DNA of 64,000 nt. It comes from an uncultured Rhizobium sp. (GTDB lineage: Bacteria > Pseudomonadota > Alphaproteobacteria > Rickettsiales > UBA1997). Both the position numbers and the translations under genes were made by a program. The notes beneath the pieces are model-generated. The model was not told the DNA's origin. It did not search any database and saw only the letters and a list, made by a program, of their open reading frames with translations. Shown piece after piece: positions 1 through 8,183 of this stretch (the first letter of the stretch is position 1; each line of letters opens with the position of its first letter). The stretch spans positions 4,021 through 68,020 of the forward strand of contig CAYUHG010000004.1 of the NCBI GenBank assembly GCA_964444545.1. The letters run 5' to 3'.

Positions 1-159
1 ACTGATGGTGCGTTATTGATGGCTTCTCCATTGGATGGCAAAATTGAAAAAACCTTCGAAGTTGGTAAAAGAATTTATCACGAACCGGTTGTGGTGAATG
101 GCAAAATGTATTTCCACAACATGGGTAGATACGTGGTTAATGTGATTGAGATTGAGTAA
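1..159 (+). CDS. C-terminal fragment of a PQQ-like beta-propeller repeat protein (BamB-like?); the 5' end is outside the window
   Basis: Frame 1 is open from the window edge to TAA at 157-159. The translation ...DGALLMASPLDGKIEKTFEVGKRIYHEPVVVNGKMYFHNMGRYVVNVIEIE resembles a terminal propeller blade. The similarity is weak and by eye only. Confidence 0.3.
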   Translation, partial: TDGALLMASPLDGKIEKTFEVGKRIYHEPVVVNGKMYFHNMGRYVVNVIEIE

Positions 160-167
160 AAACTAGA

Positions 168-272
168 GAAACCCCGACTCGCTGCGCGAGCCACCCCCCT
201 TAACAGGGGGGCGATGGTTCGAGTCCTGCCCCCCTGTTAAGGGGGGTGGCCCCGCAAGGGGTCGGGGGGTTC
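168..272. repeat. Family A GC-rich nested palindromic element, copy 1 (left arm divergent)
   Basis: The sequence is gaaaccccgac..ccaccccccttaacagggggg..cccccctgttaaggggggtggccccgcaaggggtcggggggtt. It shares arms with the copies at 2961, 22283 and 32222. Confidence 0.9.
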
Positions 273-297
273 CTCGTCCAAAAATAATTCCTAAAAA

Positions 298-2934
298 ATG
301 TCTGACAAAAAAACCTTACAACAATACGACGCTAAAACACGCGAAAAATTCTGGCAAAACCATTGGAAAGAGCAGGGCGTTTTCACTTTTAAAAACGACA
401 AATCCAAAGCTGAAACTTTCGTAATCGATACTCCTCCGCCAACAGTTTCTGGCCTTTTGCACATGGGTCACGTTTTCTCTTACACTCAAGCAGATTTTGT
501 GGCGCGTTTCCAAAGAATGTCGGGCAAAGATGTTTTTTATCCGATGGGTTTTGATGATAACGGACTTCCAACCGAGCGTTTAGTTGAAAAAATTATCGGC
601 AAAAAAGCTGGAGTTTATGAAGCTGAAAATGGTCACGGATCTTTCGTAAAAAAATGTCGTGAAGAAGTTGAGGCAGCAGAATTAGAATTTGAAGCTTTGT
701 TCAACTCAATCGCGCTTTCAGTTGATTGGAACGAGAAATATCAAACGATCTCGCCAGAATCGCAAAAAATTTCGCAAGCCAGTTTTGTTGATTTGTGGAA
801 CAAAAAATTAGTTGAGAAAAAATTCGAACCAGTTTTTTGGGATATTTCTGACCGCACGGCTCTAGCACAGGCTGACTTGATCGACAAAGAAGTTGAAGGC
901 CAAATGAATTACATTTTCTTCGTAATCGAAGGTTCTGACGAAAAACTCGAAATCATGACTACGCGTCCCGAGCTGCTTCCAGCCTGCGTTGCGGTTATGG
1001 TTCACCCTGAAGATGAACGCTACAAACATCTTCACGGCAAAAATGCCATCACGCCACTTTTCGGCGTAAAAGTTAAAATTATCGCTGACGATTTAGTGCA
1101 ACTCGACAAAGGAACTGGCGCGGTAATGTGCTGTACTTTCGGTGATGAAACCGACATCCGTTGGTGGAAAAAACACAATCTTGAACTCAAAGTTATCGTT
1201 GGCAAAGACGGTAAAATAAATTTCGATCACGAATTAGTTGCTGGCAAAAACATCAAACAAGCTAAAGATGCCATTATCGAAGCCTTAAAAAATACTCCTT
1301 GCAAGATGGGGTCTGTGACCCCGTCTTCAGGTTCAGTTCAAGGACATGAAAGTGAGGACGGAGTTACAAACTCCGTCCTGCGTAAACAGGAAAAGATTAT
1401 TCGCGCGGTAAAATGTGCCGAGCGTTCGGGCGTGCCGATCGAGATTCTTGTGGTGCCTCAATGGTTCATCAAAGTTTTGGATAAAAAAGAATTGCTGAAG
1501 AGCAAAGCTGCTGAGTGCAATTGGTATCCTGATTACATGAAAGTGCGCATCGACCAATGGATTGATGGACTGCAATGGGATTGGTGTATTTCGCGCCAAC
1601 GTTTTTTTGGCGTAAAATTTCCGGTGTGGTATTCAAAAAGAGCGGGCGAAGAAGGTAAAATTTTAGTTGCAACCGCTGACCAACTTCCGTGCGATCCGAC
1701 AGTTGATTTACCGAAAGGTTACACTCGCGAAGAAGTGACTGCCGAAACCGACATCATGGATACTTGGGCGACTTCTTCAATTTCTCCGCAGCTTTCAAGC
1801 AAAGGAATTTCAAACGAAATTTCTTTCGATCGTGCGCGTCACGAAAAATTATTCCCAGCCGATTTGCGTCCACAAGCTCACGAAATTATTCGTACTTGGG
1901 CTTTCTACACCATTGTGAAAGCCGCACTTCATCAAAATTCAATTCCGTGGAAAAATTTGATGATCTCGGGTTGGTGCTTGGCAGCGGATAAAACCAAAAT
2001 GAGTAAATCGAAAGGCAACGTGGTTACTCCAACTTCTTTGATTGAAGAAAAAGGTTCAGACATTGTGCGTTACTGGGCGTCAACTTCGCATTTGGGAGCT
2101 GACACAGCTTACTCGGAAGAAGTGTTTAAAATTGGGCATAAATTGGTTACAAAACTCTTCAACGCGGCGAAATTTGCTTCGATGAATTTTGGTCTTTTGG
2201 ATAATTGTCATGTTGAGCGCAGCGAAACATCTCAGGAGTCTAAAGAGATCCTTCGCGATGCTCAGGATGACAAAATAAGTGCTCAGAATGACAAAATAAC
2301 CGAAAGCTCAGATCTGTGGATTCTTTCGCGTCTGCATCAAACTGTTGCCAAAGCAACTTCTGAGTTTGAACAATTCGAATATGCGCGCGCGCGTGAAGCG
2401 ATTGAACAATTTTTCTGGCACGATTTTTGCGACAATTATTTAGAAATTTGCAAAGTGCGTTCTTACGGACTTGCAGCGGAAAGGCTTGCGGGCGTTGAAT
2501 TGAGCGACTCTCAGAAAAAAGAAATCGAAGCACAACAACAAAGCGCGATTGTGACCTTACGTATTTGTTTGAATACACTTCTTAAACTATTCGCACCTTT
2601 CATTCCGCACATTTGTGACGAAATTTATTCCGTAATTTTTGAGGAAGAATTTGCTCAAACTAAGTCGATTAACGCGCGCGGAAATTGGCCGAAATTGTCA
2701 GAAAAATTCTTCAATCAAAAACATTTGGAAATTGGTGAAGCTGCGCTAGCCGTGATTTTCGAAGTGCGTAAGTTTAAATCGGAAAAAAATATTTCGATGA
2801 AAACTACTGTCGCGAAATTGGTGGTTAATTGCGAAAAAGATTTGTCGGAAATTGCTGGGGATTTGAAAAATGTTTGTAATGCGCAGGAGTTGGAGTTTGT
2901 GAAATCTGGTGCTTTGGTGGAAGTGATTCTTTAG
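298..2934 (+). CDS. valS: Valyl-tRNA synthetase, rickettsial/archaeal-like type
   Basis: 878-aa ORF with a class I HIGH-type motif (LHMGHVFSY) and KMSKS. The blocks DTPPPTVSG.LH.GHV.SYTQ.DF..RFQRM.GK..FYPMGFDDNGLPTE and CAERSG.P.EIL match my recollection of Rickettsia ValRS. Confidence 0.93.
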   Translation: MSDKKTLQQYDAKTREKFWQNHWKEQGVFTFKNDKSKAETFVIDTPPPTVSGLLHMGHVFSYTQADFVARFQRMSGKDVFYPMGFDDNGLPTERLVEKIIGKKAGVYEAENGHGSFVKKCREEVEAAELEFEALFNSIALSVDWNEKYQTISPESQKISQASFVDLWNKKLVEKKFEPVFWDISDRTALAQADLIDKEVEGQMNYIFFVIEGSDEKLEIMTTRPELLPACVAVMVHPEDERYKHLHGKNAITPLFGVKVKIIADDLVQLDKGTGAVMCCTFGDETDIRWWKKHNLELKVIVGKDGKINFDHELVAGKNIKQAKDAIIEALKNTPCKMGSVTPSSGSVQGHESEDGVTNSVLRKQEKIIRAVKCAERSGVPIEILVVPQWFIKVLDKKELLKSKAAECNWYPDYMKVRIDQWIDGLQWDWCISRQRFFGVKFPVWYSKRAGEEGKILVATADQLPCDPTVDLPKGYTREEVTAETDIMDTWATSSISPQLSSKGISNEISFDRARHEKLFPADLRPQAHEIIRTWAFYTIVKAALHQNSIPWKNLMISGWCLAADKTKMSKSKGNVVTPTSLIEEKGSDIVRYWASTSHLGADTAYSEEVFKIGHKLVTKLFNAAKFASMNFGLLDNCHVERSETSQESKEILRDAQDDKISAQNDKITESSDLWILSRLHQTVAKATSEFEQFEYARAREAIEQFFWHDFCDNYLEICKVRSYGLAAERLAGVELSDSQKKEIEAQQQSAIVTLRICLNTLLKLFAPFIPHICDEIYSVIFEEEFAQTKSINARGNWPKLSEKFFNQKHLEIGEAALAVIFEVRKFKSEKNISMKTTVAKLVVNCEKDLSEIAGDLKNVCNAQELEFVKSGALVEVIL
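1305..1378. repeat. Family C palindromic element inserted in frame inside valS
   Basis: gatggggtctgtgaccccgtc...ggacggagttacaaactccgtcc is an inverted version of the intergenic elements at 4957 and 9778. It encodes the extra peptide ~CKMGSVTPSSGSVQGHESEDGVTNSVL. Confidence 0.75.
2206..2298. repeat. Family B palindromic element, with a duplicated 3' tail, inserted in frame inside valS
   Basis: The sequence is tgtcatgttgagcgcagcgaaacatctc...gagatccttcgcgatgctcaggatgaca plus the tail aaataagtgctcagaatgacaaaata. The same architecture occurs at 6404-6513. It encodes ~HVERSETSQESKEILRDAQDDKISAQNDKI. Confidence 0.8.
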
Positions 2935-2960
2935 TTTTTTGGAGTTGAGGTCGGATTTAG

Positions 2961-3064
2961 AAACCCCCCGACCCCTGACGGGGCCACCCCCCTTAACAGG
3001 GGGGCGATGGTCTGAGTCCCGCCCCCCTGTCAAGGGGGGTGGCCCCGCAGGGGTCGGGGGGTTT
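2961..3064. repeat. Family A GC-rich nested palindromic element, copy 2
   Basis: The sequence is aaaccccccgacccctgacggggccaccccccttaacagggggg-loop-cccccctgtcaaggggggtggccccgcaggggtcggggggttt. It lies between the convergent valS and hxlR-like genes. Confidence 0.92.
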
Positions 3065-3083
3065 AGCGAGTCGAACTAATTAA

Positions 3084-3464
3084 CTACGAATTATACCACT
3101 TCTGCGCCAACTTGTTGATCTCATCTAAAATTTTATCTAATTCTTTGCCGCGTTTTGTCAGGCTGTAAGTAACTTTCGGTGGGATAGTTTCTTCTTGATA
3201 GCGATCGATGATTTTTTCTTCTTCCAACATTCTTAAGCGTTCAGTCAAAACTTTTGCGGAAATTTTCGGCATGTGTTTTTTGAGCTGGCCAAATCTTTGC
3301 GGGCCTTGCGAACGAATTAGCCACAAAATGTAAGTTGTCCACGGGCCTGTGAGAAGGCTAATCAAGCGATGCATTGGGCAACGAATTTTAGTGCTGCAAT
3401 CTGAACCAGCTGCTGGATTTTTCGCTGATTTTTTGTTGCTGGTTTTTAGTTTTTTTGTTGTCAT
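3084..3464 (-). CDS. HxlR-family (MarR-like) transcriptional regulator
   Basis: CPMHRLISLLTGPWTTYILWLI..GPQRFGQLKKHMPKISAKVLTERLRMLEEEKII.R....IPPKVTYSLTKRGKEL is the typical HxlR winged-helix pattern. The gene is divergent from a GST gene. Confidence 0.8.
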   Translation of the reverse strand: MTTKKLKTSNKKSAKNPAAGSDCSTKIRCPMHRLISLLTGPWTTYILWLIRSQGPQRFGQLKKHMPKISAKVLTERLRMLEEEKIIDRYQEETIPPKVTYSLTKRGKELDKILDEINKLAQKWYNS

Positions 3465-3576
3465 TCGAAATAAAAATTCAGTTACTTTAAGGTACCTACT
3501 TGATTAAAGTTACTATGTTTCTACTTTGCAAGAACGATTAGTGATTAGTCGTTTCCTCAACTAAAAAAATCAATTT

Positions 3577-4215
3577 ATGTACAAATTATATTACTCACCG
3601 GGAGCTTGCTCGATGGCTGTTCACGTTGCACTTAATGAAGTAGGTGCGAAGTTTGAATTGCAAAATGTTGCTGCTCCTGCTGGTCAGCCAAAATCACCGG
3701 AATATTTAAAAATCAATCCACGCGGTGCAGTTCCAACTTTGCAGATTAATGATTTTATTTTGCGTGAAGGTGCGGCGATTTTAATTTATCTTCTGGATGT
3801 TCACAACAGCGACTTGCTTCCAGCTACAGGTTTGGATCGTGCTGAAGCTTTGGAATGGTTGTGTTTCGCCAACTCAACTTTGCATCCAGCTTATTCGCGT
3901 TGTTTTGCGCAGCACAGAGTTTTGGGTGATGCAGCCAAAGATAATCCAATGTACAAGCCATCAATTGAATTAATCCAAAAATATTGGAATGAAATTGAAG
4001 AACGCTTGCAGACCAGAGATTACTTGTGCGGCGACAAATGTACCATTGCCGATATTTTAACTGCTGTTATTGCCAACTGGTCACCAAATATGAAAGAGCC
4101 GATTAACTTTGGACCAAAAACTAAAGCTTATTTCACTCGTGTAATTTCACGTCCATCTTACCAAAAAGCTTTGGCGGATGAGGGTGTAACTTACAAAGTG
4201 AATGTTGCGAATTAA
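3577..4215 (+). CDS. Glutathione S-transferase
   Basis: 212 aa. The N-terminal thioredoxin-like GST domain reads MYKLYYSPGACSMAVHVALNE...YLKINPRGAVPTL, followed by a C-terminal helical domain. Confidence 0.8.
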   Translation: MYKLYYSPGACSMAVHVALNEVGAKFELQNVAAPAGQPKSPEYLKINPRGAVPTLQINDFILREGAAILIYLLDVHNSDLLPATGLDRAEALEWLCFANSTLHPAYSRCFAQHRVLGDAAKDNPMYKPSIELIQKYWNEIEERLQTRDYLCGDKCTIADILTAVIANWSPNMKEPINFGPKTKAYFTRVISRPSYQKALADEGVTYKVNVAN

Positions 4216-4332
4216 TGAGTGAAAAAAACTGAATTTTTGGCGTACGGCGACAATTCAACTTCTTGCCATCACCAGACTTTACCAACACTAATCGCAAGCC
4301 CAATTTAAATTAACCTAAAATTTCTTAAAAAA

Positions 4333-4911
4333 ATGACAAAATTAAAACTATTTTCTGCAGCAGTTTTTGCTCTTACTTTTGCTAGCCAAACTTCTTTTGC
4401 TGCAGGTGAAAAATATCAAATCGAAAAAAATCACTCGCACGTAAATTGGACGGCAAATCATTTCGGATTTTCAAATCAAACCGGAAAATTTTCTGACATT
4501 TCTGGTGAAATTGTTTTTGACGAAAAAAAACCGCAAGATTCTTCAGTTGATGTAACCATCAAAATCGCGAGCTTAACTACTGGTTTATCTGGTTTTGATG
4601 CTCACTTGAAAAGCGAAGAACTTTTGGACGAGAAAAAATTTCCAACAGCAAAATTCGTTAGCAAAAAAATTAAAGTTACTGGCAAAAATACTGCTAAAAT
4701 TGAAGGTGAGTTGACTTTGCACGGCGTGACTAAACCAGTTACTTTGAATGCAAAATTCAACAAATCTGACGTAAGTGTGATTACACAAAAACCGACAGTT
4801 GGTTTCTCTGCAACTGCATCAATCAAACGTTCAGAATTTGGAGTTAATTACGCAGTTCCAGCTGTTTCAGATAAAATTGATTTAGTGATTGAAGTTGAAG
4901 CAAATAAATAA
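4333..4911 (+). CDS. YceI-family periplasmic polyisoprenoid-binding protein
   Basis: Signal peptide ending SFA-AGE. It also has the YceI pattern Y.I...HS.V.W...H.GFS...G.F....G.I.FD and LTLHGVTKPVTL. Confidence 0.8.
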   Translation: MTKLKLFSAAVFALTFASQTSFAAGEKYQIEKNHSHVNWTANHFGFSNQTGKFSDISGEIVFDEKKPQDSSVDVTIKIASLTTGLSGFDAHLKSEELLDEKKFPTAKFVSKKIKVTGKNTAKIEGELTLHGVTKPVTLNAKFNKSDVSVITQKPTVGFSATASIKRSEFGVNYAVPAVSDKIDLVIEVEANK

Positions 4912-4956
4912 TAGTTAATTGTTTAAGTTATCGCGAGTGACTGCAAAGTAACTCGA

Positions 4957-5047
4957 GGCTGGTCGGGGTTTGTAACCCCGATCGAAACTGTTCATATTAA
5001 AGCTTTAAGAATGAACGTGTGGACGGGGTTAAAAACCCCATCCAGCC
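4957..5047. repeat. Family C palindromic element
   Basis: ggctggtcggggtttgtaaccccgatc...gtggacggggttaaaaaccccatccagcc has terminal inverted repeats, each folding into a small hairpin. It lies upstream of the CIO-type cydA. Confidence 0.8.
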
Positions 5048-5067
5048 ATTTTATTTTGTGAATTATT

Positions 5068-6384
5068 ATGTTCTTCGATCCTCTGCTTTTAGCGCGTATT
5101 CAGTTCGCGTTTACGATTAGTTTTCACATCATTTTTCCCACTTTCACCATTGGTCTGGCAGGATATCTAACCTGCGTTGAAGCACTTTATCTCAAAACCA
5201 AAGACAAAACCTACAAAGAAATCTACAAATTCTGGGTTAAAATTTTCGCGATTATTTTCGGCATGGGCGTGGTTTCTGGAGTGGTGTTATCCTACGAAAT
5301 CGGCACTAATTGGTCGGGATTTTCACAACGTTTAGGCAATGTTTTAGGGCCATTGTTGGGCATGGAAGTGTTGACTGCCTTCTTTCTCGAAGCTTCTTTT
5401 TTAGGAATCATGCTTTTTGGTTGGAATCGTGTTTCGCCAAAAATTCATTTCTTCTCAACCTTGATGGTGGCGATTGGCACTTTGATGTCAGCATTCTGGG
5501 TAATATCTGCTAATAGCTGGATGCAAACTCCGTCTAATTTTTTGTCTTATAACATCACTTTTTATTCTACCGATTGGTTTAAAACGATTTTTAATCCGTC
5601 ATTTCTTTATCGCTTATCCCACATGGTGGTGGCGTCTTATTTGACTTGTGCTTTCGTGGTTTGCGGAGTTTCAGCATGGTTTTTGTCGAAGAAGAAAAAT
5701 ACCGAACATGCGCGTGTAATGTTCAAAATGGCGCTGGCTTTCATTGTGATTTTTATTCCGCTGCAAATTTTTATCGGTGATCTTCACGGTTTAAATACTC
5801 TCAAATATCAGCCGATGAAAGTGGCGGCGATGGAAGGAATTTGGGAAGATGAAGTTGGTGCACCGCTTACACTTTTCGGTATTCCTGATCAAGAAAGCGA
5901 AAGCACAAAATACGCCATTAAAATTCCGAAGTTGGCGAGTTTGATTTTAAAACACGATGCCAACGCAAAAATTTACGGTTTGAAATCAGCGCCGAAAGAA
6001 GATCGCCCGCCAGTTGCGCCAGTTTTCTTCAGCTTCCGCGTGATGGTGGCAATCGGCATGTTGATGTTAGCAACTGCTGTGATTGCTGTTTTTTTGATGT
6101 TTCGTAAAAAACTTTTTACCACCAAATGGTTTCAAAAATGGTGTATGTTGATGACGCCGAGTGGATTTATCGCGGTGCTTGCCGGTTGGTTTGTCACTGA
6201 AATTGGTCGTCAACCTTACGTGGTTTACGGTTTTGTGCGCACGGCTGATGTGGTTTCAAAAGGAATTGTCGCAGAAAAAATATTATTCTCGCTGACAGCT
6301 TTTGCTGTGACTTATTTCATAATTTTCGGCGCCGCAACTTACTACATTTTGCGTTTGATTGCGAAGGGTGTGCAGAAGTTGTAG
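5068..6384 (+). CDS. cydA: Cytochrome bd-type quinol oxidase subunit I, short Q-loop (CIO-like)
   Basis: 438-aa polytopic membrane protein. It has the conserved N-terminus ARIQFAFTISFHIIFPTFTIGLA and the motifs GWFVTEIGRQPYVV and MAAMEG.WE. Confidence 0.88.
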   Translation: MFFDPLLLARIQFAFTISFHIIFPTFTIGLAGYLTCVEALYLKTKDKTYKEIYKFWVKIFAIIFGMGVVSGVVLSYEIGTNWSGFSQRLGNVLGPLLGMEVLTAFFLEASFLGIMLFGWNRVSPKIHFFSTLMVAIGTLMSAFWVISANSWMQTPSNFLSYNITFYSTDWFKTIFNPSFLYRLSHMVVASYLTCAFVVCGVSAWFLSKKKNTEHARVMFKMALAFIVIFIPLQIFIGDLHGLNTLKYQPMKVAAMEGIWEDEVGAPLTLFGIPDQESESTKYAIKIPKLASLILKHDANAKIYGLKSAPKEDRPPVAPVFFSFRVMVAIGMLMLATAVIAVFLMFRKKLFTTKWFQKWCMLMTPSGFIAVLAGWFVTEIGRQPYVVYGFVRTADVVSKGIVAEKILFSLTAFAVTYFIIFGAATYYILRLIAKGVQKL

Positions 6385-6403
6385 TAACAAAATTGTCATC
6401 CTG

Positions 6404-6513
6404 AGCGTAGCGAAGGATCTCGTGAGCCGAGAGGAATTTCACGTAAAATCACTCTCGACTTACGAGATCCTTCGCTGCGCTCAGGATGACAAAAATAAAG
6501 TTCAGGATGACAA
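6404..6513. repeat. Family B palindromic element with a duplicated tail, lying between subunit I and II genes
   Basis: tgtcatcctgagcgtagcgaaggatctcgtga-loop-tacgagatccttcgctgcgctcaggatgaca plus the tail aaaataaagttcaggatgacaa. Confidence 0.9.
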
Positions 6514-6537
6514 TTCTAATTAACTAAAATTTTCCTT

Positions 6538-7566
6538 ATGTTCGACCTCTCCAACATGTTTGATCTCTCAGCTTACATCAACCTACCGTTGGCGTTTGTT
6601 GCGATCTTAGCCTTAGCAGTTTTCCTCTACGTTTTACTTGATGGCTTCGATCTTGGCGTTGGCATCTTGTTCCCTTTCGCACCTTCCAAAGAATGTCGCG
6701 ACAAAATGATGAACTCAATCACACCTTTTTGGGACGGTAACGAAACTTGGTTAGTTTTAGGAGGGATGGGTTTGTTCGCCGCTTTTCCAGTCGCTTACAC
6801 AATCATCATTCCGGCCTTTTACATTCCTATTATTATGATGCTTTTAGGCCTGATTTTTCGCGGGGTAGCGATTGAATTTCGTTCGAAAGCTGAAACTCCG
6901 CTAGAGCAAAAAATCTGGGATTATTCTTTTCATTTCGGATCTCTAATCGCCGCTTTTTCTCAAGGCGTAATGTTGGGATCGGTAGTGCAGGGTTTTTATT
7001 GCAACAACGCCACGTGCAACATCTGGTACAGCTTCTTCTCTTTCATGGTTGGAATTGCTCTAGTATTTGGTTACGCTCTTTTAGGAAGTACTTGGTTGAT
7101 TTTGAAAACTCACGGAAGAACTCAAGATTGGGCGCGCAAAATCACCAAATATATTGTGGCCTTCGTGGTATTTTTTATCTTAATGGTAAGCGTCTGGACG
7201 CCATTTTTAAACGAACAAATTTACGCCAGATGGTTTTCTAAACCGAATATCTTTTACCTTGCGCCGATTCCTCTTCTGACCTTGGCAACTTTGATTTTCC
7301 TGATTCGCAGCCTGAAAGCACAAAAAGAAAAGACACCATTTTGCCTAACAATTGTGCTGTTTATTTTATGTTATTTCGGAATTGCGGTGACGTTATTTCC
7401 TTACATCGTTCCTTATCAAGTTCCTTACCAAAACATGGCTGCAGCACCGCAGGCACTATCGTTTTTATTTGTTGGAATGGCCGTAACTTTGCCAGTAATT
7501 TTAGCTTACACTTTCTATTCTTATCGCGTTTTTCGTGGCAAATCTTCGCACGAAAAAATGTACTAA
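6538..7566 (+). CDS. cydB: Cytochrome bd-type quinol oxidase subunit II (CIO-like)
   Basis: 342-aa membrane protein with the CydB signature LDGFDLGVGILFPF...FWDGNETWLVLGG. It sits downstream of subunit I. Confidence 0.88.
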   Translation: MFDLSNMFDLSAYINLPLAFVAILALAVFLYVLLDGFDLGVGILFPFAPSKECRDKMMNSITPFWDGNETWLVLGGMGLFAAFPVAYTIIIPAFYIPIIMMLLGLIFRGVAIEFRSKAETPLEQKIWDYSFHFGSLIAAFSQGVMLGSVVQGFYCNNATCNIWYSFFSFMVGIALVFGYALLGSTWLILKTHGRTQDWARKITKYIVAFVVFFILMVSVWTPFLNEQIYARWFSKPNIFYLAPIPLLTLATLIFLIRSLKAQKEKTPFCLTIVLFILCYFGIAVTLFPYIVPYQVPYQNMAAAPQALSFLFVGMAVTLPVILAYTFYSYRVFRGKSSHEKMY

Positions 7567-7570
7567 TCTG

Positions 7571-8182
7571 CTAGTGTGAGAAAATATCAGAGCTACCGAA
7601 GCCTTGAATATCAAGCTTGGCGCGTGTTGGTAGGAATTTTACGCAAGCTTGAAAAATCTCCAGACGATTTTCACGTTTTAACATTTCATCCAATTTCACT
7701 TTTAACTTGTGTAAGTGCAAAACATCAGATGCTGCGTAATCAACTTGTTTGTCGGTGATTTCTTGATTTCCCCAATCAGAACTTTGCTGTTTTTTTGAGA
7801 TTTCAACATTCAACATTTCATCGCACAAAGCTTTAAGCCCGTGAGCGTCGGTGTAAGTACGAACCAACTTTGACGCGATTTTGGTGCAGTAAACATTTTG
7901 CACATCAACTTTCAGATAAAAGCTCAAAGCCGCTAAATCAAAGCGTGCGAAGTGGAAAATTTTTAACACTTTTTCGTCGGCTAAAAGTTTGCGCAAATTC
8001 GGTGCGTCGTATTTCCCTTGTTCAAATTGCACTAAATGAGCGTTACCATCACCGGAAGAAATTTGTACTACACAAAGACGATCGCGTAAAATATTCAGAC
8101 CCATGGTTTCGCAATCAATGGCGATTGAATCACCAAGATTAAGGTCAGCAGGTAAATCGTTTTTGTGTAAGTAGTTTGTCAT
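7571..8182 (-). CDS. rnd: Short RNase D-like 3'-5' exonuclease (DEDDy)
   Basis: 203 aa with the exo motifs IAIDCETMGL, HFARFDL and YAASDVLHLHKL. Confidence 0.75.
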   Translation of the reverse strand: MTNYLHKNDLPADLNLGDSIAIDCETMGLNILRDRLCVVQISSGDGNAHLVQFEQGKYDAPNLRKLLADEKVLKIFHFARFDLAALSFYLKVDVQNVYCTKIASKLVRTYTDAHGLKALCDEMLNVEISKKQQSSDWGNQEITDKQVDYAASDVLHLHKLKVKLDEMLKRENRLEIFQACVKFLPTRAKLDIQGFGSSDIFSH

Positions 8183-8183
8183 G

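Noticed and set aside
2746-3033. 95-aa minus-strand ORF (also 32130..32330) containing ...RPPVKGGGPVRGRGV...
   Set aside because: The Gly/Pro/Arg-rich part is just the translation of the family A GC-rich palindrome. The rest is antisense to valS, or to the PCS-like gene for the second ORF. Both are artefacts.
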